A stretch of 64,000 nucleotides of DNA from Candidatus Babeliales bacterium (GTDB taxonomy: Bacteria; Babelota; Babeliae; Babelales; JBFXEV01), in the NCBI GenBank assembly GCA_050179755.1, contig JBFXEV010000001.1, forward strand, positions 457,994 through 521,993, written 5' to 3'. The translations under genes were made by a program, and so were the position numbers. Of this stretch, positions 27,896-36,713 are shown one piece after another (position 1 is the first letter of the stretch; each line of letters starts with the position of its first letter). The notes below the pieces were generated by a model, which worked only from the letters and a program-made list of their open reading frames with translations, was not told the DNA's origin and made no database searches.

Positions 27896-28354
27896 TTAAT
27901 TTGCAGGCCATTCATAGATACCTTTTTGCCCAAATACTTCATTAATTTCTTCAATTAAACCTTGAGCATTTGCTTTAATAATCGTAATCACAGACTCAAC
28001 ATCACCGTCATTATAGGTAATTTCCCAACGTATAATGCCAGTTCGCTTATCAGCTGTCTCAAGATATTCATGCACTTTAATTTCTTGAATACCAAACTCT
28101 GTTTTAACCGCATTCATTTGCTTAAGCGTCTCAGCCCAATTAGTAGAAACTTCTCGCAAGTTAACCACTTTTTTAGCTGTTGGCGTAAAAAGAGTTTTTA
28201 TCTCTTTAGAAAGATCAGCATCTTGTGGAGCTGTAAATACACGTAAAAACTCAATATACTTTTCACCAACTGATTTTTCTACAGCCATGTTATATCCTAA
28301 ACAATTAAGAGAACTAACGCACATAATTAACATCATAACATACGTAAACATCAC
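27896..28354 (-). CDS. Secreted protein, probable NTF2/SnoaL-like fold
   Basis: Signal peptide; helix followed by beta meander (LFTP..GIIRWEITY..VITII..GLIEEINEVF). Confidence 0.6.
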   Translation of the reverse strand: MMFTYVMMLIMCVSSLNCLGYNMAVEKSVGEKYIEFLRVFTAPQDADLSKEIKTLFTPTAKKVVNLREVSTNWAETLKQMNAVKTEFGIQEIKVHEYLETADKRTGIIRWEITYNDGDVESVITIIKANAQGLIEEINEVFGQKGIYEWPAN

Positions 28355-28761
28355 TGCAGCCCACTTGGCTGGTCTTGATTCATATCTTTTTCTACCATAG
28401 CAACATTCTCTTTAAGGCGCTCTTGCCATTGTTTATTAAATTCAGCATTATCAAGCTCTCGAGAAATACCTGTTGCAAACCCAGCTTGCAAGTTATCGCG
28501 TATTCTAGTGCGTATACGTTGCATTACCTCAAAAGAACTTGCGCAGTTTTCTTCTTTTTTAAGGCATTCCGCCAACACTTGCCACGCTTTTATATAGTCT
28601 TGCAGTAGCTGGTTACATTCATTATCAAAATTTCCCTGGCAGGTAGCTTGTTCAGATAACTCTATATTGTACTTTGAAAGCATAGGCATCTGAGAGGATT
28701 GGCCTTGAAGGGCATTGGTTATGGCAATGGCCACTACTAGGAATAATTTTTGCATATACAA
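28351..28761 (-). CDS. Secreted helical hypothetical protein
   Basis: Signal peptide, four Cys, 4-nt overlap with the next gene. Confidence 0.7.
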   Translation of the reverse strand: MYMQKLFLVVAIAITNALQGQSSQMPMLSKYNIELSEQATCQGNFDNECNQLLQDYIKAWQVLAECLKKEENCASSFEVMQRIRTRIRDNLQAGFATGISRELDNAEFNKQWQERLKENVAMVEKDMNQDQPSGLQ

Positions 28762-28861
28762 AACCTTATATCAATCGAACAAAAATTAATAATACTAATT
28801 TGAGTATAACATGACCAGATCGATAATTTAAGAGCTTTTTGCTAGCATAGAGTCAAATTTT

Positions 28862-29188
28862 TTACTTATATCCTTTGAAAAGCTCTTGTGGCTCTTTTCC
28901 TATTAAAGCAAAAAGATGAGCCAAACTTGAAAGCGTTAAATTTGCTTCTCCTCTTTGTATTTTTGCAACATGCGTTGGGCTGGAATCTAAGCGACGGACC
29001 AACTCATTAAAGCCAATGTTGTTTTTCTCCATATAATCGGTTAAAGCATCTGAAATAAGATTTTGAATAAACCTCAAAATCGCAACTTCTCGTTTCGCTT
29101 GCCGCGTTATTTGAGCTATTTCTTTCTTATTAAGTCGCTTTTCTAAATATTTCTCAAAATTGGTTTTTTTCATTATCATTCTCCTCAC
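28862..29188 (-). CDS. XRE/HTH antitoxin (HigA-like)
   Basis: ELVRRLDSSPTHVAKIQRGEANLTLSSL HTH; directly downstream of a RelE-type gene. Confidence 0.8.
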   Translation of the reverse strand: MRRMIMKKTNFEKYLEKRLNKKEIAQITRQAKREVAILRFIQNLISDALTDYMEKNNIGFNELVRRLDSSPTHVAKIQRGEANLTLSSLAHLFALIGKEPQELFKGYK

Positions 29189-29523
29189 ACTTCTAGCAAA
29201 CGATCTCTTGCTATCCGAATATCTCTTTCTTGACTACTTTTATCTCCTGCTGCAAGCACAATTATAATGCAGTTCCCTTGAAAGCCATAATACATTCTAT
29301 AACCAAATTTATACTCTCTTAACTCAAAAAGACCTTGGCCTAACGCCTTACTATGCGGCAATCTTAATGTGTTACCTGCAAAACCAAGCATACGCAGCTC
29401 TTTCGAGATAGCTTTAAATTGCTCTTTAGTTAATTTATCAAGCCATTTTTCAATGGGGCTTTGACTACCAGGAGTCTCCCAAAATTTTACCTGCCATTTC
29501 TTCACTCTATACCTTCGCATCAA
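29185..29523 (-). CDS. RelE/HigB (Gp49-like) toxin
   Basis: SPIEKWLDKL..GNTLRLPHSKALGQGLFELR..YRMYYGF..IIVLAAGDKSSQERDI. Confidence 0.88.
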   Translation of the reverse strand: MMRRYRVKKWQVKFWETPGSQSPIEKWLDKLTKEQFKAISKELRMLGFAGNTLRLPHSKALGQGLFELREYKFGYRMYYGFQGNCIIIVLAAGDKSSQERDIRIARDRLLEV

Positions 29524-29692
29524 AGAATCTTATTACTACATTTTAATTTACTACATTTCAGTGGAGCACGTCAAGAGCTCTCACTAAACATCAGCAACTC
29601 ATGCTAAATACTAAAGTAGCGAGTAATTCTTACCTGTTTAAATACTCATAGAAACCCTCCACCAAACAATGTTTTCTTATAGAAACAATTGT

Positions 29693-29759
29693 TTGCTCAA
29701 ATGCGCTCTCTATGCTATACTTCAAACAAATAGGAGTCTTGTTTATGGCTCCTTTTTTT
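29693..29759 (+). promoter_or_regulatory. Sigma70-like promoter followed immediately by a terminator-like hairpin
   Basis: TTGCTC-17 nt-TATACT (with extended TG), then AGGAGTC-N8-GGCTCCT and a T run. Confidence 0.55.
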
Positions 29760-29782
29760 GCATTAAACCTTATTTTTGGATC

Positions 29783-29833
29783 CGACTTCGCTAAAGCTAT
29801 GTCGTGATTCTAATTACGCCAAAGCTCCAGAGG
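29783..29833. repeat. Degenerate REP-like palindromes (CTTCGCTAAAGCTA family)
   Basis: CGACTTCGCTAAAGCTATGTCG and TACGCCAAAGCT match the units at 30567-30628. Confidence 0.6.
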
Positions 29834-29856
29834 AGCGACGGCAAATGGAGGATCTC

Positions 29857-30381
29857 ATGAAAAATAAATCAATTTTAATGCTCTCTTTTTTAATACTCCC
29901 ATTGTCCCAAAATGCTGCGTGCTCCCATGCAAAACAGAGTGTGGTGCGTATAACAAACCGCGAAGCATCACTCTTTGACCCAGAACGGTTAGGCCATTTT
30001 GTTGATGCATTGTTTGCATTTTATGAGCAAGATTATACAACACAACTTGAGATTAATGCTATTAAAGCAACCGCTCTTCATAATGCGCGTAAGCAATACC
30101 AATACATTCAAAGACAGGGGTGGAAAATATGCGTCTGGCCACAAGATCTGTTAGAAGATTATCTTGCCGATGCTCTAGCACAACATGCTCGCCAATGCTA
30201 TGAGCACAAAATCAGGATGTATAAACCCTCTCATTATGTTGATAGAGCAGATGAGGTGGAAACAAGCTTTAAAGAGCAAGCTCGTGAAAAGATTAACTCG
30301 GGCAGGTATGGTTGCCTTCGTTTTTTTGTGGGTGAAAGCCTTGAAAAACAAATAGCGCCTTTTTGCACTATAGTTAAGTAA
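29857..30381 (+). CDS. Secreted hypothetical protein (paralog of the next gene's middle domain)
   Basis: GGAGG RBS + MKNKSILMLS, identical to the next gene; TQLEINAIK and FFVGESLE blocks. Confidence 0.8.
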   Translation: MKNKSILMLSFLILPLSQNAACSHAKQSVVRITNREASLFDPERLGHFVDALFAFYEQDYTTQLEINAIKATALHNARKQYQYIQRQGWKICVWPQDLLEDYLADALAQHARQCYEHKIRMYKPSHYVDRADEVETSFKEQAREKINSGRYGCLRFFVGESLEKQIAPFCTIVK

Positions 30382-30415
30382 ATATTGAAAACTAAATCTT
30401 AGTTTGGAGGATCTC

Positions 30416-31552
30416 ATGAAAAACAAATCTATATTAATGCTTTCTTTATGTGTACTCACCTTTGCAACGCACAACATGCAGGCACGCGATAATAGTTGGT
30501 TTGAATACTTTGTAAGTATTTTTTGGAATACTAATAAAGATGCGGAACAGCCAAAACTAGAACCCAGCCTACGCCAAGGCGCCCAGCCTTCGCATAAAGC
30601 TACGGCGGATATAACCGGCGGTCAGGCCGGCCAACAAAATATGCCAAAGCCGTCGGCACCCCCGCTTGAACAACCGCAACAATACAATGCAAAAGCACCT
30701 ACTGCTAAATCAGCGGGCATCACAAATGCTGAGTATAATACTGTGCGGTATCAGATTGAATCTATTATTGATGGGTTATTTGCGACAAAAGAACAAGAAC
30801 ATGCCACTCAGCTTGAAATTCAAGCGATAAAAGATAAAACGTTGCATTGTATTGGTGAGCGCATACGCAACATTGCCACGTTGCCAGAGTTTCGCCAGGC
30901 AGCAAATCACTATCTGACTGAATATCTTACAAAAACTATTGCTTATAATGCACGGCTTTTGTATCAACAAAAAGCAAATAAGCTTGCTGTGCAATTAGTA
31001 CAGAGTCAGCCACTTGCCGAGCATTTAGAAAAAGAAATCAAAACACACGCACTCAAAGCAATCAACTTAAATGAGCCCGGTGTGCTTGCATTCTTTGTAG
31101 GCAAAGCCTTGGATGAACGCGTTGCAGCACAAATAAAACGGGACTTCGCTCCAATCCTTCGACAAGCTCAGGATGAGCGACAAGTAAATAAAGCAAGCAA
31201 ACAGCCTCAATCAATCGTCCAACACCCTAAGCCTAGTGCGCCGCCGGCAGAGCATCATACAGCGATGCGCCCTGAAATCTATGAAGTGTATGTGCATTCA
31301 AATGCAGCACGGTATGAAGAATCTATAGCAAGAATACAACAAGGCAAAGCATTTCGTGATGAGCCTGAATGTGTTATGTGCTTTGAAGAATTTGGCGGCT
31401 CAAGAAAGCGCGTAACGCTTGTATGCGGGCATACTATATGCCCTGCGTGCTTGCAACTTCATTTGCAAAAAAATGATACGTGCCCAACTTGCGCTGAACC
31501 AATTGCGCCAGATGAGTTCCCGGCAGCATATTTACATAAATACAACAATTAA
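30416..31552 (+). CDS. Secreted RING-finger (C3HC4) protein with two PSAP motifs; putative E3 ligase effector
   Basis: CVMC..CGHTICPAC..CPTC; PKPSAPP occurs twice. Confidence 0.88.
   Translation: MKNKSILMLSLCVLTFATHNMQARDNSWFEYFVSIFWNTNKDAEQPKLEPSLRQGAQPSHKATADITGGQAGQQNMPKPSAPPLEQPQQYNAKAPTAKSAGITNAEYNTVRYQIESIIDGLFATKEQEHATQLEIQAIKDKTLHCIGERIRNIATLPEFRQAANHYLTEYLTKTIAYNARLLYQQKANKLAVQLVQSQPLAEHLEKEIKTHALKAINLNEPGVLAFFVGKALDERVAAQIKRDFAPILRQAQDERQVNKASKQPQSIVQHPKPSAPPAEHHTAMRPEIYEVYVHSNAARYEESIARIQQGKAFRDEPECVMCFEEFGGSRKRVTLVCGHTICPACLQLHLQKNDTCPTCAEPIAPDEFPAAYLHKYNN
30567..30628. repeat. Nested REP/RPE-like palindromes inside the RING gene
   Basis: GCCTACGCCAAGGC[..GCCTTCGCATAAAGCTACGGCGGAT..]CCGGCGGTCAGGCC. 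Confidence 0.7.
31146..31180. repeat. REP/RPE-like palindrome (CCTTCGACAAGCTCAGGATGAGCG) inside the RING gene
   Basis: TCGCTC..ATCCT-TCGACAAGCTC-AGGAT-GAGCGA hairpin, encoding ILRQAQDER. Confidence 0.75.
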
Positions 31553-31586
31553 CTTACATTAATGGGCGCATTTCAAGAACAATAAG

Positions 31587-32645
31587 TTACTGCGATGCGC
31601 CCATTAACCTTTTTACATTCTCGGCAATGCCCTCACGAAAATTCTCTTCACACTTACTGGGATCTAGCAAGTCTAATAGCTTAAAATAGTTAGTGGAATC
31701 CTTCATATTTGCATGTAATTCTGGATGCAATGGACTTAATAATAGAAGCGCCGTATTACGCACAACAACATCATCAACCACTTCTGATTCCATTTTTTTT
31801 GAGCTACACAAATACACGTCTTCTGGGTATACGTAGGTCATGAAGTACCGTATAAGCCCTACATTATTGTCACTTGGTTTTACAATGTTGCATAATGGGC
31901 TTATTCTTGCCACATCATCCCCCATTAGCTGTTCAAACAACGTAAATTTTAAACGCGCACCATGCTCCATCAATAGTTTAATAAGGTCTAAAAGCATTTC
32001 CTTCTCATGTTCAAAAACCATTTCCACCCCTTGGTAATGATCAACTGCATAGTGAAGCGGCGTTAAGCACTGCATAGAGGGCAAATTGGGCAAAGCATTA
32101 TGGTCTAATAATAATTTAACCATAGCATAACGAGTCTTTATACAAGGAAACCCTAGCGCAGTTAACAATGCCGTTGCACCCTGTTCTGTATAACAATTAG
32201 GATTTGCGCGATGAAATAAAGCAAGCGTAGCATTATTTATTTCACCGTTTTTAAGCGCAGCTAATAATTGACGATCAACCATGCGATCGGTTGATCTTAA
32301 ATGTGCCGACGGCGCAGCTGTTAATGATCGCACCAATGTACAAATATCTTCTCGCGTGCGAGGATCATGTATACTATCTATGCCAGCTATAACTTTATAA
32401 TGAGTCAATGCAAAATCATCAAAAAATTGCCGGTGCTTGACAATATCTAGTCTATTAGCTTTTACAAGACGCTTACCTTCTTGATTATTTTTACTTTGCT
32501 GTGCAGTAAATCTTTGAATGACTTTTAAGTCTTTAAAAAACTGTTCATCAATAATTGTTTGCTCAGAATCTACAAAAAAACGCAACATGCCAATTATAAT
32601 GTTAACGTTAAAGAGCACATAACAGAGAAGAACTCTCTTCCACAC
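31587..32645 (-). CDS. Secreted ankyrin-repeat protein
   Basis: GATALLTA, VKLLLDHNALPN, LTPLHYAV, LLMEHGA. Confidence 0.85.
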   Translation of the reverse strand: MWKRVLLCYVLFNVNIIIGMLRFFVDSEQTIIDEQFFKDLKVIQRFTAQQSKNNQEGKRLVKANRLDIVKHRQFFDDFALTHYKVIAGIDSIHDPRTREDICTLVRSLTAAPSAHLRSTDRMVDRQLLAALKNGEINNATLALFHRANPNCYTEQGATALLTALGFPCIKTRYAMVKLLLDHNALPNLPSMQCLTPLHYAVDHYQGVEMVFEHEKEMLLDLIKLLMEHGARLKFTLFEQLMGDDVARISPLCNIVKPSDNNVGLIRYFMTYVYPEDVYLCSSKKMESEVVDDVVVRNTALLLLSPLHPELHANMKDSTNYFKLLDLLDPSKCEENFREGIAENVKRLMGASQ

Positions 32646-32671
32646 AGCACAACCTCCAGTCCGCTATGCTA

Positions 32672-33064
32672 TTATTCAGTCACCGTAACCCTTTGCCCTG
32701 CACTATGGAGCATATGTAACGCAAAATCAGAAATTAAATAGCCGCCAATAAACATGCTTGTATACGGAGCATTGGCAATACTATCCCGCTTAAAAATCAA
32801 AGCCCACAGGGCAAGCGCACTAAAAAAAGGGCAATCAGCTACGGTTTTTAACACACTACTGCCAATGCGCGATAGTAACCCATCGTTATAAACTTTTACT
32901 GCAGATTCATAACCAAGTAGTCGTTCAATTTCTACCGATTGCCCTGGCTCAAGCTTTACCTGGCATATTTCCGTATCATCCGTATGCACATTAACAGTTA
33001 CCGTTTCTTCTTGAGCATGCGCTAAGCACATAACGCATAAAAGTAATCCAAATAATTTTTTCAT
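32672..33064 (-). CDS. Membrane/secreted hypothetical protein
   Basis: Signal AHA-QE; two hydrophobic segments. Confidence 0.7.
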   Translation of the reverse strand: MKKLFGLLLCVMCLAHAQEETVTVNVHTDDTEICQVKLEPGQSVEIERLLGYESAVKVYNDGLLSRIGSSVLKTVADCPFFSALALWALIFKRDSIANAPYTSMFIGGYLISDFALHMLHSAGQRVTVTE

Positions 33065-33169
33065 GGCCAACGCCCTTTCATTTTTAATTTTAATATACAC
33101 ACGTTCTTTTGATTGAGTATACTAAAGAGAAAAATTGAACACTAATGCCCCAAAAATAAAGGAAAGTAT

Positions 33170-33922
33170 ATGCCAGCACTGCTTATTGTGTGTAATTGGA
33201 AAATGTATTTTTTTTATAAACAAGCGCATACATGGCTAAGCACTCATCAATCAGATCTTGTTCAACTTACCAAGCAAACAAATAAACATGTGATATTGTG
33301 CCCCTCTTATGATGCTCTGGGCGAAATTGCAAAACTCCTCGATGCCAAAACAATTGCGCTCGGCGCGCAAGATTGTGCAGCACACATTAACGGCCCCTAT
33401 ACGGGTCAAGTAAGCGCACAATCGCTTAAAGAACTTGGTTGCTCATATGTTCTCATTGGACACAGTGAAACGCGTGGCGCTCATAAAGGAACCATAGAAG
33501 CTTCTGTACTTAAAGCAACGTGTGCTTTGGAACAAAACTTAACGCCCATTGTGTGCATTGGTGAATCAGAAGAAAAATATAAAGCAGGAACGTCCCTTAA
33601 ATTTATTGAAGAGCAAGTGCGACCCATTCTTGAGCTTTCTAAAAGATATTCAGGCCAACAATTTATTATTGCCTATGAGCCTATTTGGTCGATCGGCACC
33701 AGCATAGTACCAAAAAACGCCTATATAGAAAGCGTGTTTACCTATATTATTAGCCGCGCCAAAAAGATAGGGTTGCAACGTGCACCTTTATTACTTTATG
33801 GTGGCAGTGTTGATGAAGTGAGTGCCCCTACACTCAAACAGGTTGTCCACTTGGGAGGATTTCTTATTGGCAAAGCAAGTACAGATTTTCAAAAATTAAA
33901 AAAGATTGTACAATTAGTATAA
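33170..33922 (+). CDS. tpiA: Triosephosphate isomerase
   Basis: NWKM, GAQD, GPYTGQVS, IGHSETR, AYEPIWSIGT, LYGGSV, LIGKAS. Confidence 0.95.
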   Translation: MPALLIVCNWKMYFFYKQAHTWLSTHQSDLVQLTKQTNKHVILCPSYDALGEIAKLLDAKTIALGAQDCAAHINGPYTGQVSAQSLKELGCSYVLIGHSETRGAHKGTIEASVLKATCALEQNLTPIVCIGESEEKYKAGTSLKFIEEQVRPILELSKRYSGQQFIIAYEPIWSIGTSIVPKNAYIESVFTYIISRAKKIGLQRAPLLLYGGSVDEVSAPTLKQVVHLGGFLIGKASTDFQKLKKIVQLV

Positions 33923-33940
33923 GTAACAATTATTTATATT

Positions 33941-33996
33941 CCCGCTCAAAACCCTTCGATACATTTTTCCTCCAGAAAAACACTCAAGGTGGGCGG
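33941..33996. repeat. REP-like palindrome (CCCTTCGATAC..CTCAAGGTGGGCGG)
   Basis: Same CCTTCGA..CTCA(G/A)GG..G(A/G)GCG frame as 31146-31180, with an extra inner TTTTTC/GAAAAA stem. Confidence 0.65.
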
Positions 33997-34030
33997 TAAA
34001 AAAAATTTCTTAACTCATTTTGGAGACAGC

Positions 34031-34366
34031 ATGTTAGTAGGTTTACTCAGCGCCCTTTTTATTATTATGTGCCTCTTTATGGTACTTCTCATCCTCATTC
34101 AACAAGGTAAAGGCAGCATGGGCCTTGGCGCTATGGGCGGCGGGTCTCAAATGCTTTTTGGTGGTTCAGGCGGCCAAGACATGTTCCAGAAAATAACCTG
34201 GTTCTTGGGCGCAGTATTTATTTTTGGCTCACTCGCTCTTTCTATTTTCATAACCAAAGAGCATAAAAAATCTCGCTACGTAAGCCATATGCAGCAGCCA
34301 GCGCAGCCTAGAATGCCTGTAGATATGCCTACCGCACAAGATCAAGCAGCTCAAGAAGCAGAGTAA
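34031..34366 (+). CDS. secG: Preprotein translocase subunit SecG
   Basis: LILIQQGKGSMGLG..GGS..LFGGSG..F.KITW; follows tpiA; GGAG RBS. Confidence 0.92.
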   Translation: MLVGLLSALFIIMCLFMVLLILIQQGKGSMGLGAMGGGSQMLFGGSGGQDMFQKITWFLGAVFIFGSLALSIFITKEHKKSRYVSHMQQPAQPRMPVDMPTAQDQAAQEAE

Positions 34367-34498
34367 GTCTGGCAGTTGCCGGGAATAAACCGCTCTCACT
34401 TTCTTCAGCTCCCAATACTCGCGCAAGTGGAGTGGGAATTGGCGAAAACAGGAAGATGAGTAGCAAAATATATGAGCACTTAAAAAAGGGTATAAACC

Positions 34499-35272
34499 AT
34501 GATCCTACAAGTAATAGATTATGTAGGGGCACTAACGCTCGGATATTGCAATACGCTCGGCACCTTTGTTTTATTTCTCTATACCGCTTTATACACCTTA
34601 CTTACTACCAAACTCAAACTTAAAAAAGTATTTGCTCAAATGGAGCACGTAGGGGTAAACTCCCTTGCCATTGTAATGCTCACGGGCCTTTTTACTGGTG
34701 CCGTTCTTGCTTTTCAAAGTTATATAGGCTTTAAACGCTTTGGCGCAGAAGGCTTTATTGGGCCGGTCGTAGCGCTCAGCTTAACGCGTGAATTAGGGCC
34801 TGTGCTCACTGGCCTTATGGTAACCGGCCGCGCAGGATCTGCAATGACAGCAGAAATTGGCACCATGCGTATTACCGAACAAATTGACGCACTTGAAACA
34901 TTGCGCTTAAACGTGTTCCAATATCTTATTACGCCTCGTCTTATAGCATCAACTATCATTTTGCCTTTCCTTGCGCTATTTACTATGCTTCTTGGCATTA
35001 TTGGTGGCTACATTATCAGCACTCAAGTGCTTGGGCTTAATGGCGTGCAATTTATCAAGGGCATTCAACGCTATGTTGAACTTTCTGATGTGACTAACGG
35101 CCTTATTAAATCAGCAGCATTTGGCCTTATTTTATCATGGGTAGGCTCATATAAAGGTTATTATGCACATGGTGGCGCACGCGGTGTGGGAATCTCTACC
35201 ACGCAAAGCGTGGTGATAAGCTCCATTATGATATTGATCGCAAATTACTTTTTGACTGCCATACTCTTTTAG
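34499..35272 (+). CDS. mlaE: MlaE-family ABC permease
   Basis: RELGPVLTGLMVTGRAGSAMTAEIGTMRITEQIDALE. Confidence 0.94.
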   Translation: MILQVIDYVGALTLGYCNTLGTFVLFLYTALYTLLTTKLKLKKVFAQMEHVGVNSLAIVMLTGLFTGAVLAFQSYIGFKRFGAEGFIGPVVALSLTRELGPVLTGLMVTGRAGSAMTAEIGTMRITEQIDALETLRLNVFQYLITPRLIASTIILPFLALFTMLLGIIGGYIISTQVLGLNGVQFIKGIQRYVELSDVTNGLIKSAAFGLILSWVGSYKGYYAHGGARGVGISTTQSVVISSIMILIANYFLTAILF

Positions 35273-35280
35273 GTCAAGCT

Positions 35281-36054
35281 ATGATACGTATTGAAAATTT
35301 ACGCAAACGATTTGATGATGGCAGATGGATCACCAACGGCGTTAATTTAACTATCCCAGAAGGCAAAATGACGGTGATCATTGGTCTTTCTGGTGAAGGT
35401 AAATCAGTACTCCTTAAGCAAATCATTGGCCTCATTCGTCCCACGTCTGGCCATATTTATATTGATAATGTTGACGTGGCAACACTCCCGCAAAAAGATT
35501 TAGATATTGTCTATAAAGAATGCGGTTACGTGTTCCAATTTGCAGCGCTTCTTGATTCACTCAATATATTTGAAAACGTAGGCATTACATTGCTTGAAAA
35601 GGGTGAGCCAAAAGAAAAAGTATTGCCTATTGTGCAAGAAAAACTGGCGCTGGTAAATCTCTCGCAAGAAGTATTGTATAAATATCCTAATGAAATTTCA
35701 GGTGGTATGCGCAAGCGAGTAGGCCTTGCGCGCACGCTTATTACCAACCCCAAAATTATTCTCTATGACGAGCCCACCACGGGGCTAGATCCAATTACTG
35801 CACGCGTGATTCATGAACTTATGTTTGATATGCAGAAAAAGCTTGATCTTACTTCTGTGGTGATATCGCACGATGTAGAAATATTTAAATATGCAGATTA
35901 CGTTGCATTACTCTTTCAAGGTAAAATTCGCTATGTTGGCGATGCCAAAACAATATGGGAAAGCGATAATCCCTATGTCTTTCAATTTATCCGTGGCCTT
36001 TCTGAAGGCCCTATGAAAACGGAAATTCCTCATACTTCTTTAAGAGAAGGCTAA
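35281..36054 (+). CDS. mlaF: MlaF-family ABC ATPase
   Basis: GLSGEGKS, ISGGMRKRVGLAR, YDEPTTGLDP. Confidence 0.92.
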   Translation: MIRIENLRKRFDDGRWITNGVNLTIPEGKMTVIIGLSGEGKSVLLKQIIGLIRPTSGHIYIDNVDVATLPQKDLDIVYKECGYVFQFAALLDSLNIFENVGITLLEKGEPKEKVLPIVQEKLALVNLSQEVLYKYPNEISGGMRKRVGLARTLITNPKIILYDEPTTGLDPITARVIHELMFDMQKKLDLTSVVISHDVEIFKYADYVALLFQGKIRYVGDAKTIWESDNPYVFQFIRGLSEGPMKTEIPHTSLREG

Positions 36055-36188
36055 GAGTAAAAAACCTCTAGAATAAAGGGTTTTCTACTTCTATATCATT
36101 GCTTTTATACGCCGCTTTTTGCTACTCTAAAGATAGAAGAAGGCCCGCCCAATGGGCCATTTAGGTAACACATAAAAAAGGAAGTACC

Positions 36189-36662
36189 ATGAAAAATATT
36201 ATTACCAAAGCGCTCACGCTTACATTAGCATTACTAACATTAAGCGATATACAAGCGGTAGAAACATTACGGCCAATAGACAAAGCCTTATTGAATGCTG
36301 CAAAAAATGATAAAACTGGCAAATTTGTAATCTTAGCTATTGAAGAAGGTGCTAACGTACATGCGCGTGATGAAGACGGCTACACAGCTATGCATTGGAT
36401 CGCTAGAAATGCCGACATACCTACCTTACTGTATATGTTATCTAAAGTTGATCGAAAAACAGCTTTAAATGATAGAAAGAATAAATTGGGCTTAACACCA
36501 TATGAATTGGCTAAGCTGAGTGGCAATACAAAGTTACTTAACCTAATTGAATTTTATACATTAGTTAAAATCCCTGCGCCAAGTTGTACATATGATAGGC
36601 AAACTGGTGTGGCAAGTTGTTTAGACCACTCAACTGGTGGATCTTACTTAACTATGGGTTAA
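36189..36662 (+). CDS. Small secreted ankyrin-repeat protein
   Basis: GANVHARDEDGYTAMHW, GLTPYELA. Confidence 0.85.
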   Translation: MKNIITKALTLTLALLTLSDIQAVETLRPIDKALLNAAKNDKTGKFVILAIEEGANVHARDEDGYTAMHWIARNADIPTLLYMLSKVDRKTALNDRKNKLGLTPYELAKLSGNTKLLNLIEFYTLVKIPAPSCTYDRQTGVASCLDHSTGGSYLTMG

Positions 36663-36673
36663 TTTAAATAAAA

Positions 36674-36708
36674 ACGTAAAGGGTCGCCAAACGTGCGACT
36701 CTTTACGT
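36674..36708 (+). terminator. Strong intergenic hairpin
   Basis: ACGTAAAGGGTCGC-N7-GCGACTCTTTACGT. Confidence 0.6.
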
Positions 36709-36713
36709 AAATT

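Noticed and set aside
29776..29856. N-terminal extension MDPTSLKLCRDS.. of the 201-aa ORF
   Set aside because: It is translated REP-like DNA; the GGAGG RBS and the paralog's start identify 29857 as the start.
34367..34450. tRNA after secG
   Set aside because: GC-richer stretch, but no cloverleaf or TTCGA T-loop could be built.
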